Counted from the stretch's first letter, positions 28,701-37,499 are shown. The stretch is DNA of 64,000 nucleotides from Aureivirga marina (GCF_015767265.1 NZ_JADPIB010000007.1:8307-72306); one strand, 5' to 3'. The notes: generated by a model not told the origin, from the sequence alone. Made by a program: numbers and translations.

Positions 28701-30640
28701 TCTGTCGCATCTTCAATTTGCAGATTAGAAACAATTTCGATTAACATTTCTAATTCCGCAGCATTTTCTGTGATTTTTTCTTCTAAAGCATTTGCTTCAA
28801 CAACTTTCTTGATTTGCTCAATTTCTGCTGTTAATTCCGAAACTTTTTGCTGATATGGAGCTAAAGCTTCTTTTTTCAATAAGAATTGCACACAAGATTT
28901 AGAAGTTTCTTCCGTGAATTGCCCTAAAATTTCATCATAGTTTTCAACAGCTTCAATATCTACATAACGCAATTCTTTCAAAGAAATCACTTCTCCACGA
29001 ACTTTTCGAAGATTTGTCAATGACTGTACAAAATCATTAATATGATGTGGAATTTCTCTTTTGATTACACGAATTAACTCATCTGCTTCTGCTGTAACTT
29101 TTTCATATTCATTTTTAGTATTTTGCTGAATCTGACGAACTTTTTCATATTCTTCCACAGCTGCTGAAGCCGTTTCTTTTATAGCATGAAGCGGAACTGT
29201 AAGTTCAAAAGTTTCTTTTTTGTTTAACCAATGATACGTATCTAAAACATCTGTACTATATTTTATAATGTCTAAATATAAATCGTTGTAAACTTCTTCT
29301 TTATCTGTCAAAGTCATCAGCGAATGACATTCCGCCATCGCACGAACGATATCTTTATTTCCGATTTTGTATAAAAACGAATCTTTATTTCCATCAATTT
29401 GAAAATCTGCTCCAATAAAAGGTGTTTGCCAAATCTGAATTGCATGGTGTTTTTTCGCTTCTTCTTCTGCTTTAAACAAACACATTTCTCCATTATCAAA
29501 TAAAGAAAAACCATGACAAACAATCGGATTTTCTACTCTTTGCTCAATCAAATTATAAGGCAAAAGTAAATAAACTCCTTTGCTTTGATTGTAAAACACA
29601 TACAAGAAATCCTCTCCATTTGGCGAAGTAATACATCTTTCAAAAAGCATGTGTTCCAAATCTTGCTCAAAACGTTTGTATTCTCCAGATTGTAAATAAT
29701 AACCATCCGAGAAAAGTAAACCTTGACTTTCTGGAAGTAAAATACAAGCTTCTTCCATCGAATCTACACGTTTTACTTCTTGTAATTTGCTGTTATAAAC
29801 AAAATAACGAAACGCTTCTTGGTAAGGTTTAATTCTAAAAATCACTAAATGATCAATGATTGCATATTCTACTTCTGCATCATCCAATCGTTGTTCCTGA
29901 TGTTTTACAGGTTCATTGTAAATTCCTTTTCCATCCTTTGTATTGTCTTCTACTTTGATGGTTAAATCCCCACCAACTGTTTCTACAAAAACAATATCTT
30001 CTATCGAAATATGTGGATGTTCTCCCTCGCAAAAGTTCTCACGAGTCGTTTGTTTCCAACGAAATTCATGTTGATGTGGAAAACGAAATTCATGTTCACT
30101 TCGATTATCTACATATTGTAATGTTTCTTCTTTTATCAGCCATTTAAACGTTTTGATATCTTCCTCACGAGTTCCAAAACGGAAAACCATATGAAGATAC
30201 TGACCAATTTTTGCAAACTTTACAAACTGTGTATCTCTGTAATATTTATATAAATTCTGAAAATCTCTATGGAAATTTTCGTCGTCTAAAATTTCTAGAG
30301 TAGCTTGATGAAATTCATGATCTCGGAAACAATAAAAACTAAAAACATCTTCTAGTTTTATTTCCGTTTTCAAGCCCATGTGAATATTGTAACCAAAAAG
30401 AAAATGATTTCCCAAAGAAAACATATCCCAAGGCACACAATTATAATTTGTCGTTACTCTTTCTGTGGCTTGAAGTTGAAAATCAATCGCTCCAAAAACA
30501 TCTTTTCTAGCAACATTTAATTGATTTAATCTTTCTCTTAAATCTACATTGTCTTTACGCAATCTTTGCTTCAGAATCTCATACGTTCCTCCGTCTAATT
30601 GCATTTCTGTATTTTCTATATTTTCTTTTTGATCGTTCAT
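25727..30640 (-). CDS. Giant 1637-aa multidomain protein with one AAA_5 (dynein/midasin/MoxR-type) ATPase module and extensive coiled coils. Third gene of the NfeD-flotillin operon.
   Basis: Walker A ISPPGYGKTT. Walker B and AAA_5 box IYLDDIQHCNPEFLQKFISL. Sensor and Arg region VCVIMAGNPYTESGEKFQIPDMLANRADIYNL. The ATPase lies at about aa 1150-1350. The N-terminal roughly 450 aa form a Cys/His/Trp-rich domain, and aa 450-800 are E/K-rich coiled coil. Confidence 0.85.
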   Translation of the reverse strand: MNDQKENIENTEMQLDGGTYEILKQRLRKDNVDLRERLNQLNVARKDVFGAIDFQLQATERVTTNYNCVPWDMFSLGNHFLFGYNIHMGLKTEIKLEDVFSFYCFRDHEFHQATLEILDDENFHRDFQNLYKYYRDTQFVKFAKIGQYLHMVFRFGTREEDIKTFKWLIKEETLQYVDNRSEHEFRFPHQHEFRWKQTTRENFCEGEHPHISIEDIVFVETVGGDLTIKVEDNTKDGKGIYNEPVKHQEQRLDDAEVEYAIIDHLVIFRIKPYQEAFRYFVYNSKLQEVKRVDSMEEACILLPESQGLLFSDGYYLQSGEYKRFEQDLEHMLFERCITSPNGEDFLYVFYNQSKGVYLLLPYNLIEQRVENPIVCHGFSLFDNGEMCLFKAEEEAKKHHAIQIWQTPFIGADFQIDGNKDSFLYKIGNKDIVRAMAECHSLMTLTDKEEVYNDLYLDIIKYSTDVLDTYHWLNKKETFELTVPLHAIKETASAAVEEYEKVRQIQQNTKNEYEKVTAEADELIRVIKREIPHHINDFVQSLTNLRKVRGEVISLKELRYVDIEAVENYDEILGQFTEETSKSCVQFLLKKEALAPYQQKVSELTAEIEQIKKVVEANALEEKITENAAELEMLIEIVSNLQIEDATETTRIIDNISEIYASFNQIKASLKRKRKSLLGEEGKAEFNAQIKLVDQGVVNYIDLCDTPEKCEEYLTKLMVQLEELEGKFSEFDSFVEKISLKREELYNAFESKKVALVEARNKRATTLQQTAERILKSVKSRLSRFKEVSEINGYIASDLMVEKIRKTIEELENIGDSVKADDIQSKLKSLKEEAIRQLKDKSELFVDGKNIIQFGNYKFSVNTQNLDLTMVFKNDKMYYHLTGTDYFEEVVDKTFNEYRPVWNQILPSENRNVYRSEYLAYQILEAVKRKELIDNTTKAIITWDDISTLDSKDLLKVIQKFSASKYSEGYVKGVHDQDTLLILHNLIQMYSHVGMLKHDATTRAFARFYWEIWEKEEAKKILEQQLKAAGILLKVFPNTKEFEAIKNQMQNRLEICFESENITWNTSVEQACDYLFDELAFNENFVIDANAADLVHSFDIELRGKKMKNAFEKSMEEIEDMSIRFQTIQTWLKAFMQNSKSSYIKNVEEAALLIILQSDVKKNVHKVITEETLENLTGTHEIIEDGKYQLNIHDFQNKLEKYSETVVPTYEKFTSLKHELLEETSETMRLGEFKPRVLSSFVRNQLIDKVYLQIIGANLAKQIGTAGENKRTDLMGLLLLISPPGYGKTTLMEYVANRLGLIFMKINGPALGHDITSVDPSEATNAGAKQELEKLNLAFEMGDNVMIYLDDIQHCNPEFLQKFISLCDGQRKIEGVYKGKPKTYDFRGKKVCVIMAGNPYTESGEKFQIPDMLANRADIYNLGDILGDSAYEFELSYIENSITSNPTLSKLANKSQKDILTILKIAETNQRENVEFEANHSAIEIKEYISVFKKLIEVRDVVLKVNQAYIQSAGISEEYRTEPMFKLQGSYRDMNKMAEKIVPVMNDKELKTLIISHYERESQTLTSGAEANILKFREMIGLLSEEEKDRWNSIKETFLKKQKLNLVGGNQMGQILEQMEAISESLQKMAQVDRISLN

Positions 30641-30663
30641 TTTTTTTGGTTTAAGTTTACGTT

Positions 30664-30679
30664 TCTCTTTTTAAAGAGA
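30664..30679. promoter_or_regulatory. Perfect palindrome TCTCTTTTTAAAGAGA about 25-40 bp upstream of the giant gene's start codon. Candidate operator.
   Basis: 7-bp arms with a 2-bp centre, lying in the 258-bp intra-operon spacer. Confidence 0.3.
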
Positions 30680-30850
30680 TAAAAAAAGGGTGTGATTATT
30701 TTCTTTAAAATCAATTAATCTTATTTTTTAAAATGGAATAATTAATGAAATATGGACATTGATTTGAAAATATACACACCCTAGACTTTCCTTTTTCTAA
30801 TAGAATTTTTACCCTTTTAACTATTCTATTTTCTTTTAATCAAGAACATT

Positions 30851-30873
30851 TCATGGTGAAATGTTCCTGATAT
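30851..30873. promoter_or_regulatory. Perfect 10-bp inverted repeat GAACATTTCA-TGG-TGAAATGTTC, just 3' of the flotillin gene
   Basis: A hairpin without a strong U-tract. It could be an attenuator or processing site, or a regulator-binding site between the flotillin and ATPase genes. Confidence 0.35.
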
Positions 30874-30898
30874 TGTTTTTAAAACCCAAACAAATATT

Positions 30899-33103
30899 TT
30901 AGTTCAATCCGATGCTTGCTGGAGTTTTATCTGAAACACCTAACATTTTAGAAACCGATTGTAATTGGTTTAACACAGAAAGAGAATCTTCATCTTGTGT
31001 TTGTTGCATTAATTTGTAAAGTAATGCAGAAATTGTTAAGTTTTTCAAATCTTCAGAGTTTACTCCAAACTGATCGATAAACATTTTAAAATTTTCTTTA
31101 AAACCATTTCCATTTTCACCATTGAAGAAAGTTCCTTTTACTTCTTGTAATACTTCACTATTTCCAACAGCTTTGTCAATTGCTTTTCCAGTTGTTATTG
31201 CACTAGTCAATTTATCAAAGAACATAGATTCTCCACCGATAATGTCAATATTAGACGATTGTAGCGCCTCTGCTAATACACCAGCTTGTGAAGCAGCAAT
31301 ATCTTTGTTTGCATCAATTCTAGCCAATTCAATTTCTTTAGCTTGCTCTAAGCGTAAACGGAACTCTTCATGAGCAACGCTTGTAGGATCTAATATCTTC
31401 ATTGCATCTGCTTTCTTACGAATTCCTTCCGCTTCCACTTCCAGTTTCTCGTTTAAGATGCGAACATCAACCAATCCTTGTTTTTCATTAGCTTCCGCTT
31501 GAACTTGAATAACTTCAGCTTGAGCTAATCCTTTTTCTCTTTCTATTTGTGCAGCAACTTCCCCAATCTTTTTGTCCGCTTCCGCTTGAGCAATACCTTT
31601 AACTTCAATTCCTTTTGCTTCTGCATGTGCTGTAGCTTCAACAGCAGCAGCTTCTGCAGCAGCCTCTTTTTCGCGAGCTTCCGCTTTTGCTTCCATAACT
31701 TGTGCTTCCGACATTCCGATTGCAGCAGCTTCGGCAGCAGCAGCTTCCGCTAATATTTTAGTAGCTTCTGCATCATGAATTGCAGCAGTTTCTTTACTCT
31801 TCGCATCAATTAACATTTTCTCAGCATGTAATTTCGAAGCTTCTTTTGCAGCATCTGCTTCTTTGATTTTCTTCACTAATGCTGATTCTGCTTCTTGTTC
31901 TGCGTTTTTCAGTGCAACTACTTTATCTCTTTCCGCTTTTGCTAGTGCTTGTGTATCTTTAATTTTTTCTTGTTCTTCTACAACCGCTTTTTCTACAGAA
32001 ACTCTTTCACGAATTACATCTTGAATATTTTTCTGTTCGATTTCGATTGCTCTTTGTTTTTCAATTTGAGCTAACTCAACAATTCTTGTTTTTTCAGTTT
32101 CTTCTAAAAGTCTTGCTTGCTCTACACGTTCCGCTTCAATTGCTTCGATTTTTTCTTTATTTTTCTCTGCAACAATTACTTCACGCATTCTATTTTCTTC
32201 TGCAATTTGAATTTGCTCTTCTGTAGCAATTCTTGCTTTTTCAGCTTTTAAGCGCTCTTCTTCATTAATTCTATCAACTTCAGATTGCTCTCTAGCTTTA
32301 ATATTTTCGATTTCACGTTTTTGACGCTCTTCTGCTTCAACTTTTTGTTTTTCTAAGTTTAAGATTGTCTCTTGCGCTTCAACATCTTGTTGTTTGATTG
32401 TTTTTTCTTTATCTCTTTCAACTAAATTAGATTGTACTTTTTGTTCCGCAGTTAATTCAATAATTTTCTTGATACCTTCTGCATCTAAAATGTTACTTTC
32501 ATCTAATTCATTAATTGGAGTTTGTTCTAAAAAGTCAATCGCACAATCTTCTAATTTGTATCCATTTAAATCTGTACCAATAATATTTACAATTGCTTGG
32601 TTAAATTCTCTACGTGAAGTATATAATTCTACAAATTCAAATTGCTTACCAACTGTTTTTAATGCTTCTGCAAATTTTGGTTCGTATAATCCTCTTAACG
32701 TTTCTGGATCTGATGCTCTATCACAACCAATAGATTTAGCAACTTCTGCAACTTTATCAACATTCACACGAACGAAAAATGTTACTTTAATATCTGCTCT
32801 CATATTGTCTTTACAAATCAGACCTTCAGAACCAGTTCTTGAAATTGTAATCGTTTTTACACGAATATCCATTTTTTCAAGTCTATGTAATACCGGAATT
32901 GATATTAAACCAGATGAAGATACTTTTGGTTTTTTATCTACACCACCAAAACCTCCAGTTCTAACTAAAACTTCTCCCTGAGCAGCTTTGTTGTACATTT
33001 TAATAATAATGACTAAAAATACAATGATTGCAAAGGCTATAAGCCCAAGAGTAAAATACCCTGCATAAGCTCCTGTTCCTAATTCTTGTACTGTTTCTTC
33101 CAT
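30899..33103 (-). CDS. Flotillin / SPFH (band-7) family protein of the YqiK type, with a greatly expanded Glu/Ala/Lys coiled-coil region
   Basis: N-terminal TM helix, then an SPFH domain (VLVRTGGFGG...ISIPVLHRLEKMDIRVKTITI) and flotillin-type EA-repeat coiled coils. 734 aa, compared with about 550 aa for E. coli YqiK. Confidence 0.85.
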   Translation of the reverse strand: MEETVQELGTGAYAGYFTLGLIAFAIIVFLVIIIKMYNKAAQGEVLVRTGGFGGVDKKPKVSSSGLISIPVLHRLEKMDIRVKTITISRTGSEGLICKDNMRADIKVTFFVRVNVDKVAEVAKSIGCDRASDPETLRGLYEPKFAEALKTVGKQFEFVELYTSRREFNQAIVNIIGTDLNGYKLEDCAIDFLEQTPINELDESNILDAEGIKKIIELTAEQKVQSNLVERDKEKTIKQQDVEAQETILNLEKQKVEAEERQKREIENIKAREQSEVDRINEEERLKAEKARIATEEQIQIAEENRMREVIVAEKNKEKIEAIEAERVEQARLLEETEKTRIVELAQIEKQRAIEIEQKNIQDVIRERVSVEKAVVEEQEKIKDTQALAKAERDKVVALKNAEQEAESALVKKIKEADAAKEASKLHAEKMLIDAKSKETAAIHDAEATKILAEAAAAEAAAIGMSEAQVMEAKAEAREKEAAAEAAAVEATAHAEAKGIEVKGIAQAEADKKIGEVAAQIEREKGLAQAEVIQVQAEANEKQGLVDVRILNEKLEVEAEGIRKKADAMKILDPTSVAHEEFRLRLEQAKEIELARIDANKDIAASQAGVLAEALQSSNIDIIGGESMFFDKLTSAITTGKAIDKAVGNSEVLQEVKGTFFNGENGNGFKENFKMFIDQFGVNSEDLKNLTISALLYKLMQQTQDEDSLSVLNQLQSVSKMLGVSDKTPASIGLN

Positions 33104-33255
33104 AATTTAATTTTTGTTTTTAGATTAATTTATATTTACTATTTGTTTGTTTTCTTGATTAAAATTTGAATAAAATTTTCCTTTCCAGTTTGTTGTTTCC
33201 CTCCATTTTCAGAAGGGAAAAACTGGTTAATTCAAATATGTATAAAGTGTTGTTT

Positions 33256-33900
33256 TTAGATTTTTGCAACTAAGTAGTAATCTTCTTCTTCGTAATGTTC
33301 TACAATTACAACTTCGTCTCCTCTGTAAATTTTTCTTCCTTCAATAGATTTGATATTTAGACGAACTTTATCTCCACCAAATTCTAAATCAGCTTGACTT
33401 AATTTTTCATTTTCTGTGTCGTAAAGAACTGTACACATTTTGCCAACAAAATTAGTATCGATTGTTCCGTCTAATCCATCCCAAACTTTTACGAAAGGAA
33501 TACATGCATATTTTGCAAAAAGCAAGGATACAAATGTTATAGGAATTAAAAGTAGAAATCCTATTAAGAAAGAGTTATTTCCAATGATATGATTGATATA
33601 AATTGAAAGCCCCCACATTGGAATAGCAACAAAAAATAGGTAGATCATGATTGGAAGTTTTCCAATATTAAAAAAACTAAGGAACCCTGAAATTCCACCT
33701 CCAGTAGAAATATCAGCATCAGCATCTATGTCAGCATCTAAATCTACATCCATATCAACATCTGTATCTATATCAAAATCAATAGAATCGAATTCTACCA
33801 ATCCAATTATGGCGATTAAACCATAAATGATTAAAAATATTAGCAAAGCTGTCGGGATGATGTTTGCTCCTGTAATTGCTATTTTTAATAACTCTAACAT
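33256..33900 (-). CDS. NfeD-like / YqiJ-family membrane protein with a C-terminal OB-fold. Partner of flotillin and first gene of the operon.
   Basis: TM helices, an acidic DIDTDVDMDVDLDADIDADAD tract, and a C-terminal beta-rich domain (KMCTVLYDTENEKLSQADLEFGGDKVRLNIKSIEG) consistent with an NfeD OB-fold. Confidence 0.65.
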   Translation of the reverse strand: MLELLKIAITGANIIPTALLIFLIIYGLIAIIGLVEFDSIDFDIDTDVDMDVDLDADIDADADISTGGGISGFLSFFNIGKLPIMIYLFFVAIPMWGLSIYINHIIGNNSFLIGFLLLIPITFVSLLFAKYACIPFVKVWDGLDGTIDTNFVGKMCTVLYDTENEKLSQADLEFGGDKVRLNIKSIEGRKIYRGDEVVIVEHYEEEDYYLVAKI

Positions 33901-34271
33901 TTTGTGATTAATTTAAGTTTACGTTTACGATTTATAGATTATAAAAAATTGATTAAAAAGTAATTTATTTTAATTATTAACTACTGTTTTAATGTTTTTG
34001 ATAAAAATATGTTAAAAAAATAGAATTTTCAAGAGGTTCTATTATTATTATGAAAATCCAAAAAACAGCTAATAAAAATTTCATTAATGGTATTTTAAAG
34101 CTATTTAAATTAGCATCAAATTAAATTAACTATAAAAAATAGCATTAATTTTGGCTAAAAAAATTAGATTTTAAAAGATGAAATGTAACAAAAAAAGCCT
34201 TGAAACGTCGTATTTGGTTATGGTAGCTAAAAAAAATAGCAATTTTTAAAAATATTTATTAGCAATTAGCA

Positions 34272-34298
34272 TAAAAAAAGCAGCTCAAAAAGCTGCTC
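34272..34298 (-). terminator. Rho-independent terminator of truB (minus strand)
   Basis: AGCAGCT and AGCTGCT form a stem. The A-run on the + strand gives a U-tract on the minus strand. Confidence 0.6.
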
Positions 34299-34322
34299 AT
34301 AATTTATATAATGTTGTACAAT

Positions 34323-35012
34323 TTATAGACTATCTATAAATCCTTCTATTGTTTGTGCATTGTCTACTGAGAAATCACCAATTTTAGTTCTTCTAAGCAC
34401 TGTTAAATGCCCTCCTGAGTTTAATGCTTTTCCAAAATCGTATGCAAGAGAACGAATATAAGTTCCTTTTGAACATATAACTCTAAATTCTACATCAGGA
34501 AAGTTGATTTTCGTAATTTCGAATTCAGGAATAGAAATTTTTCTAGATTTCACTTCTACAGTTTCTCCAGCTCTAGCAATTTCATACAAACGTTTTCCAT
34601 CTTTACGTAAAGCAGAAAAAATAGGAGGAATCTGATCTATTTCTCCAAGAAATTGTTTTGTTGTTTCATGGATTAATTCTTCTGTAATATGATCTATAGG
34701 AAACGTTTCATTTATTTCAGTTTCTAAATCGTAACTTGGAGTTGTTGCTCCTAAACGAATTGTTCCTGTATATTCTTTAATTTGTCCTTGATAAGTTTCA
34801 ATTTTTTTTGTGAATTTACCAGTGCAAATTACCAAAAGTCCAGTTGCCAAAGGATCTAAAGTTCCAGCGTGTCCAACTTTAATTTTTTTAATATCGAATT
34901 TCTTACGAATATGCCATCTTAATTTATTTACAACTTGAAAAGATGTCCATTCTAAAGGTTTATCAATTAATAAGACTTGACCATTTTTAAAGTCTTCCAA
35001 TTCTAAGCTCAT
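34323..35012 (-). CDS. truB: tRNA pseudouridine(55) synthase
   Basis: HAGTLDPLATGLLVICTGKFTK is the TruB catalytic-Asp motif. Confidence 0.9.
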   Translation of the reverse strand: MSLELEDFKNGQVLLIDKPLEWTSFQVVNKLRWHIRKKFDIKKIKVGHAGTLDPLATGLLVICTGKFTKKIETYQGQIKEYTGTIRLGATTPSYDLETEINETFPIDHITEELIHETTKQFLGEIDQIPPIFSALRKDGKRLYEIARAGETVEVKSRKISIPEFEITKINFPDVEFRVICSKGTYIRSLAYDFGKALNSGGHLTVLRRTKIGDFSVDNAQTIEGFIDSL

Positions 35013-35021
35013 TCTATCCTT

Positions 35022-35813
35022 TTATATAATTGAATAAATAATTGCAATCACACCAACAATAGCGCAATAGATTGCAAAATAACTAAGTTTACTTTTCTTA
35101 ACCAAAGCAATCATCCATTGACAAGCTAAAAGTCCTGAAACGAATGCAGCGATAAATCCAGCACTAATCACACCAATCTGATCACTTTCAATAGAAATTC
35201 CACCACCTAAAATATCTTTTGCTACTTTTCCAAAAATTAATGGAACAACCATTAAGAAAGAAAATTTTGCAGCTTTAGTTCTATCAATTCCAAGAATTAC
35301 AGAAGTTGCAATTGTGGAACCAGAACGAGAAATTCCAGGTAACATTGCGATTGCTTGAGAAACTCCTACGATAAATGCATTTCCAAAACTTACATTTTTA
35401 GTGGTATTTTTTGCTTTATCTGCTAATAATAATAAAATAGCTGTTACAATTAACATTGCTCCAACTAAAATTATTTTCCCACTGAAAAAAGCTTCTAAAT
35501 GTTCTTCGAAAAGTAAACCAACAACAACTGCTGGAAGCATTGAAATGATAATTTTTACAGAAAACTGTGATTCTTCATTCCATTTAAATTGTAATAAGCC
35601 TTTGATAATTTCCATTATTTCTTTTCGAAAAATAACGATGGTACTTAAAGCTGTTGCGAAGTGTAATACAACTGTAAAGGTTAAACTTTCTTTTGGTAAA
35701 GCATCGTTTCCGAAAAGTGCTTTAGTTAATTCTAAATGACCGCTTGACGAAACAGGTAAAAATTCGGTCAAACCCTGTACAATTCCTAAGATAATTGCTT
35801 CTAAAAAATCCAT
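35022..35813 (-). CDS. uppP: Undecaprenyl-diphosphate phosphatase
   Basis: 263 aa with 8 TM helices and BacA/UppP motifs (GISRSGSTI and others). Confidence 0.9.
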   Translation of the reverse strand: MDFLEAIILGIVQGLTEFLPVSSSGHLELTKALFGNDALPKESLTFTVVLHFATALSTIVIFRKEIMEIIKGLLQFKWNEESQFSVKIIISMLPAVVVGLLFEEHLEAFFSGKIILVGAMLIVTAILLLLADKAKNTTKNVSFGNAFIVGVSQAIAMLPGISRSGSTIATSVILGIDRTKAAKFSFLMVVPLIFGKVAKDILGGGISIESDQIGVISAGFIAAFVSGLLACQWMIALVKKSKLSYFAIYCAIVGVIAIIYSII

Positions 35814-35937
35814 TTTATTCTTTGAGGTTTAGCAATTGCTAAAACAATATTTTATTTTAATCTTGTGTTATAAAACAAAAAACTCCCAACAAATTTTGAA
35901 GGGAATTTGATATTTTCATCGCTATAAAAGCTACTTT

Positions 35938-36189
35938 TTATTCTTCTGATTTCTTTTCTTTCTTTTTCGCTACAATTGCATAAACTTGAATAGCAAACCC
36001 AAGCAGAACAACTGTTGGAGCCAATCGAATTCTTCTAAAATCATAAATATCTGGACTAAAAACATTCGGATCATCTGAAGAACCACCAGACATCAGAATA
36101 AATCCGATTATAATAACGACAAGACCTACCAACATAATTTTATAATTATGTGAGTCGAATAAAAATTGTTTGTTCGGTTTTTCGTTCAT
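35938..36189 (-). CDS. DUF3098-like small membrane protein
   Basis: 83 aa with 2 TM helices, in the conserved position between ftsX and uppP. Confidence 0.5.
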   Translation of the reverse strand: MNEKPNKQFLFDSHNYKIMLVGLVVIIIGFILMSGGSSDDPNVFSPDIYDFRRIRLAPTVVLLGFAIQVYAIVAKKKEKKSEE

Positions 36190-36192
36190 ATT

Positions 36193-37071
36193 TTAATAAT
36201 AAAGTTCGTTAATTCTAAGGTTTAAGAAGCGTTGTGTTGCAAAAAATGTACTAATCCATGTGATGATTATTCCAAGCAATAAAATTCCAGAGAAAAGAAT
36301 TATTAGAAATTCTAAATTGTTTAGTAAACTAAACTGTGGAAAGTGAATATCACCATAATAAATAATTCCACCTAAACCAGTAATTGCAATTAAAGCTCCA
36401 ACAACACCAAGTTTTATACTTGTAAAAATAAATGGTTTTCTAATAAAGCTTTTTGTCGCTCCAACCATTTGCATTGTTTTAATTGTAAATCTTTTTGAAT
36501 AAACAGAAAGACGAATCGAACTGTTTATTAAAATGATTGCCACAAAGGTAAAAAAGATACTGAAACCTAGAATCCAAATACTTAAACGATTAATGTTTTT
36601 AGTTAAAATCGTAATTAAAGGTTTGTCATAAGAAACTTCATAAACAAATTTTTGACGTTTAATATCTTTTTCTATTTCCTCGATTTGATGAGGCGTAACA
36701 AAGTTTGCATTTAAATAAACATCAAAAGCATTTTTAAGTGGATTTTCTCCAATAAAGTTTACAAAATCCTCTCCGATATCTTTTTGAAAAGTTTCAGCAG
36801 CAGTTTTTTTATCTATAAAAACAACTTTTTTAGCATATTCCGCATTTTCTAGCGTAGATTTAAATTGCTCAGTTTGTGTTTTTGTAGCATTATCTTTTAA
36901 GAAAATAGTTAAAGCAACATTTTCCTTAACATGATCTGTGACATCTTTTGTTTTAAAAACAACAATTCCTAAAAGTCCAACAAGAAATAATACCAAGCCA
37001 ATACTTACTATTACTGAAAAATAAGAAGAACGCAAGCGTCTTTTTTGGTATCTATCGTGTTGTCTAGACAT
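36193..37071 (-). CDS. ftsX: Cell division protein FtsX-like permease
   Basis: 292 aa with a 4-TM FtsX topology and a large periplasmic loop. Confidence 0.75.
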   Translation of the reverse strand: MSRQHDRYQKRRLRSSYFSVIVSIGLVLFLVGLLGIVVFKTKDVTDHVKENVALTIFLKDNATKTQTEQFKSTLENAEYAKKVVFIDKKTAAETFQKDIGEDFVNFIGENPLKNAFDVYLNANFVTPHQIEEIEKDIKRQKFVYEVSYDKPLITILTKNINRLSIWILGFSIFFTFVAIILINSSIRLSVYSKRFTIKTMQMVGATKSFIRKPFIFTSIKLGVVGALIAITGLGGIIYYGDIHFPQFSLLNNLEFLIILFSGILLLGIIITWISTFFATQRFLNLRINELYY

Positions 37072-37094
37072 TTATTATAAGTTTTTTAGGATTA

Positions 37095-37499
37095 TTATTC
37101 TTCGATTTCTTGGCACAATTCCACAAGTACACCATTAGTGTCTTTCGGATGCAAAAATACAACTAATTTGTTATCTGCACCTTTTTTTGGTTTTTCATTT
37201 AAAACTTTAAAACCTTCTTCTTTTAAACGCTCCATTTCAGAATAAATATTATCCACAGCAAAAGCAATATGGTGAATTCCTTCTCCACGTTTTGCTATAA
37301 ATTTTGCAATTGGACTATCTTCTTTTGTTGCTTCTAAAAGTTCAATTTTATTTGGGCCATTTTCAAAGAAAGAAGTTCGTACGCCTTCACTTTCTACTTC
37401 TTCGATTTTATAAGCTTCTTTTCCAAAAAGCGCTGCATACACTTGGTTTGATTTTTCTAAATCTTTTACTGCAATACCAATGTGTTCAATTTTTTTCAT
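37095..37499 (-). CDS. Methylmalonyl-CoA epimerase (VOC/glyoxalase fold)
   Basis: 134 aa, IEHIGIAVKDLEKS ... GIHHIAFAV, showing the paired metal-binding His/Glu pattern. Confidence 0.7.
   Translation of the reverse strand: MKKIEHIGIAVKDLEKSNQVYAALFGKEAYKIEEVESEGVRTSFFENGPNKIELLEATKEDSPIAKFIAKRGEGIHHIAFAVDNIYSEMERLKEEGFKVLNEKPKKGADNKLVVFLHPKDTNGVLVELCQEIEE

Noticed and set aside
32394-32981. 195-aa + strand ORF, rich in Ser, Ala and Leu
   Set aside because: It lies entirely antisense to the flotillin coiled-coil region, and its low-complexity composition is the mirror image of GAA/GCA-rich codons. It is a spurious ORF.
33901-34322. 420-bp AT-rich spacer upstream of the NfeD-like gene, as a possible sRNA or small gene
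   Set aside because: There is no ORF of 60 aa or more, no convincing hairpin-terminator pair, and only weak imperfect repeats (TAGCAAT). It most likely holds the operon promoter and the truB terminator (34272..34298).
35401-35739. 112-aa + strand ORF
   Set aside because: Antisense inside uppP. Spurious.
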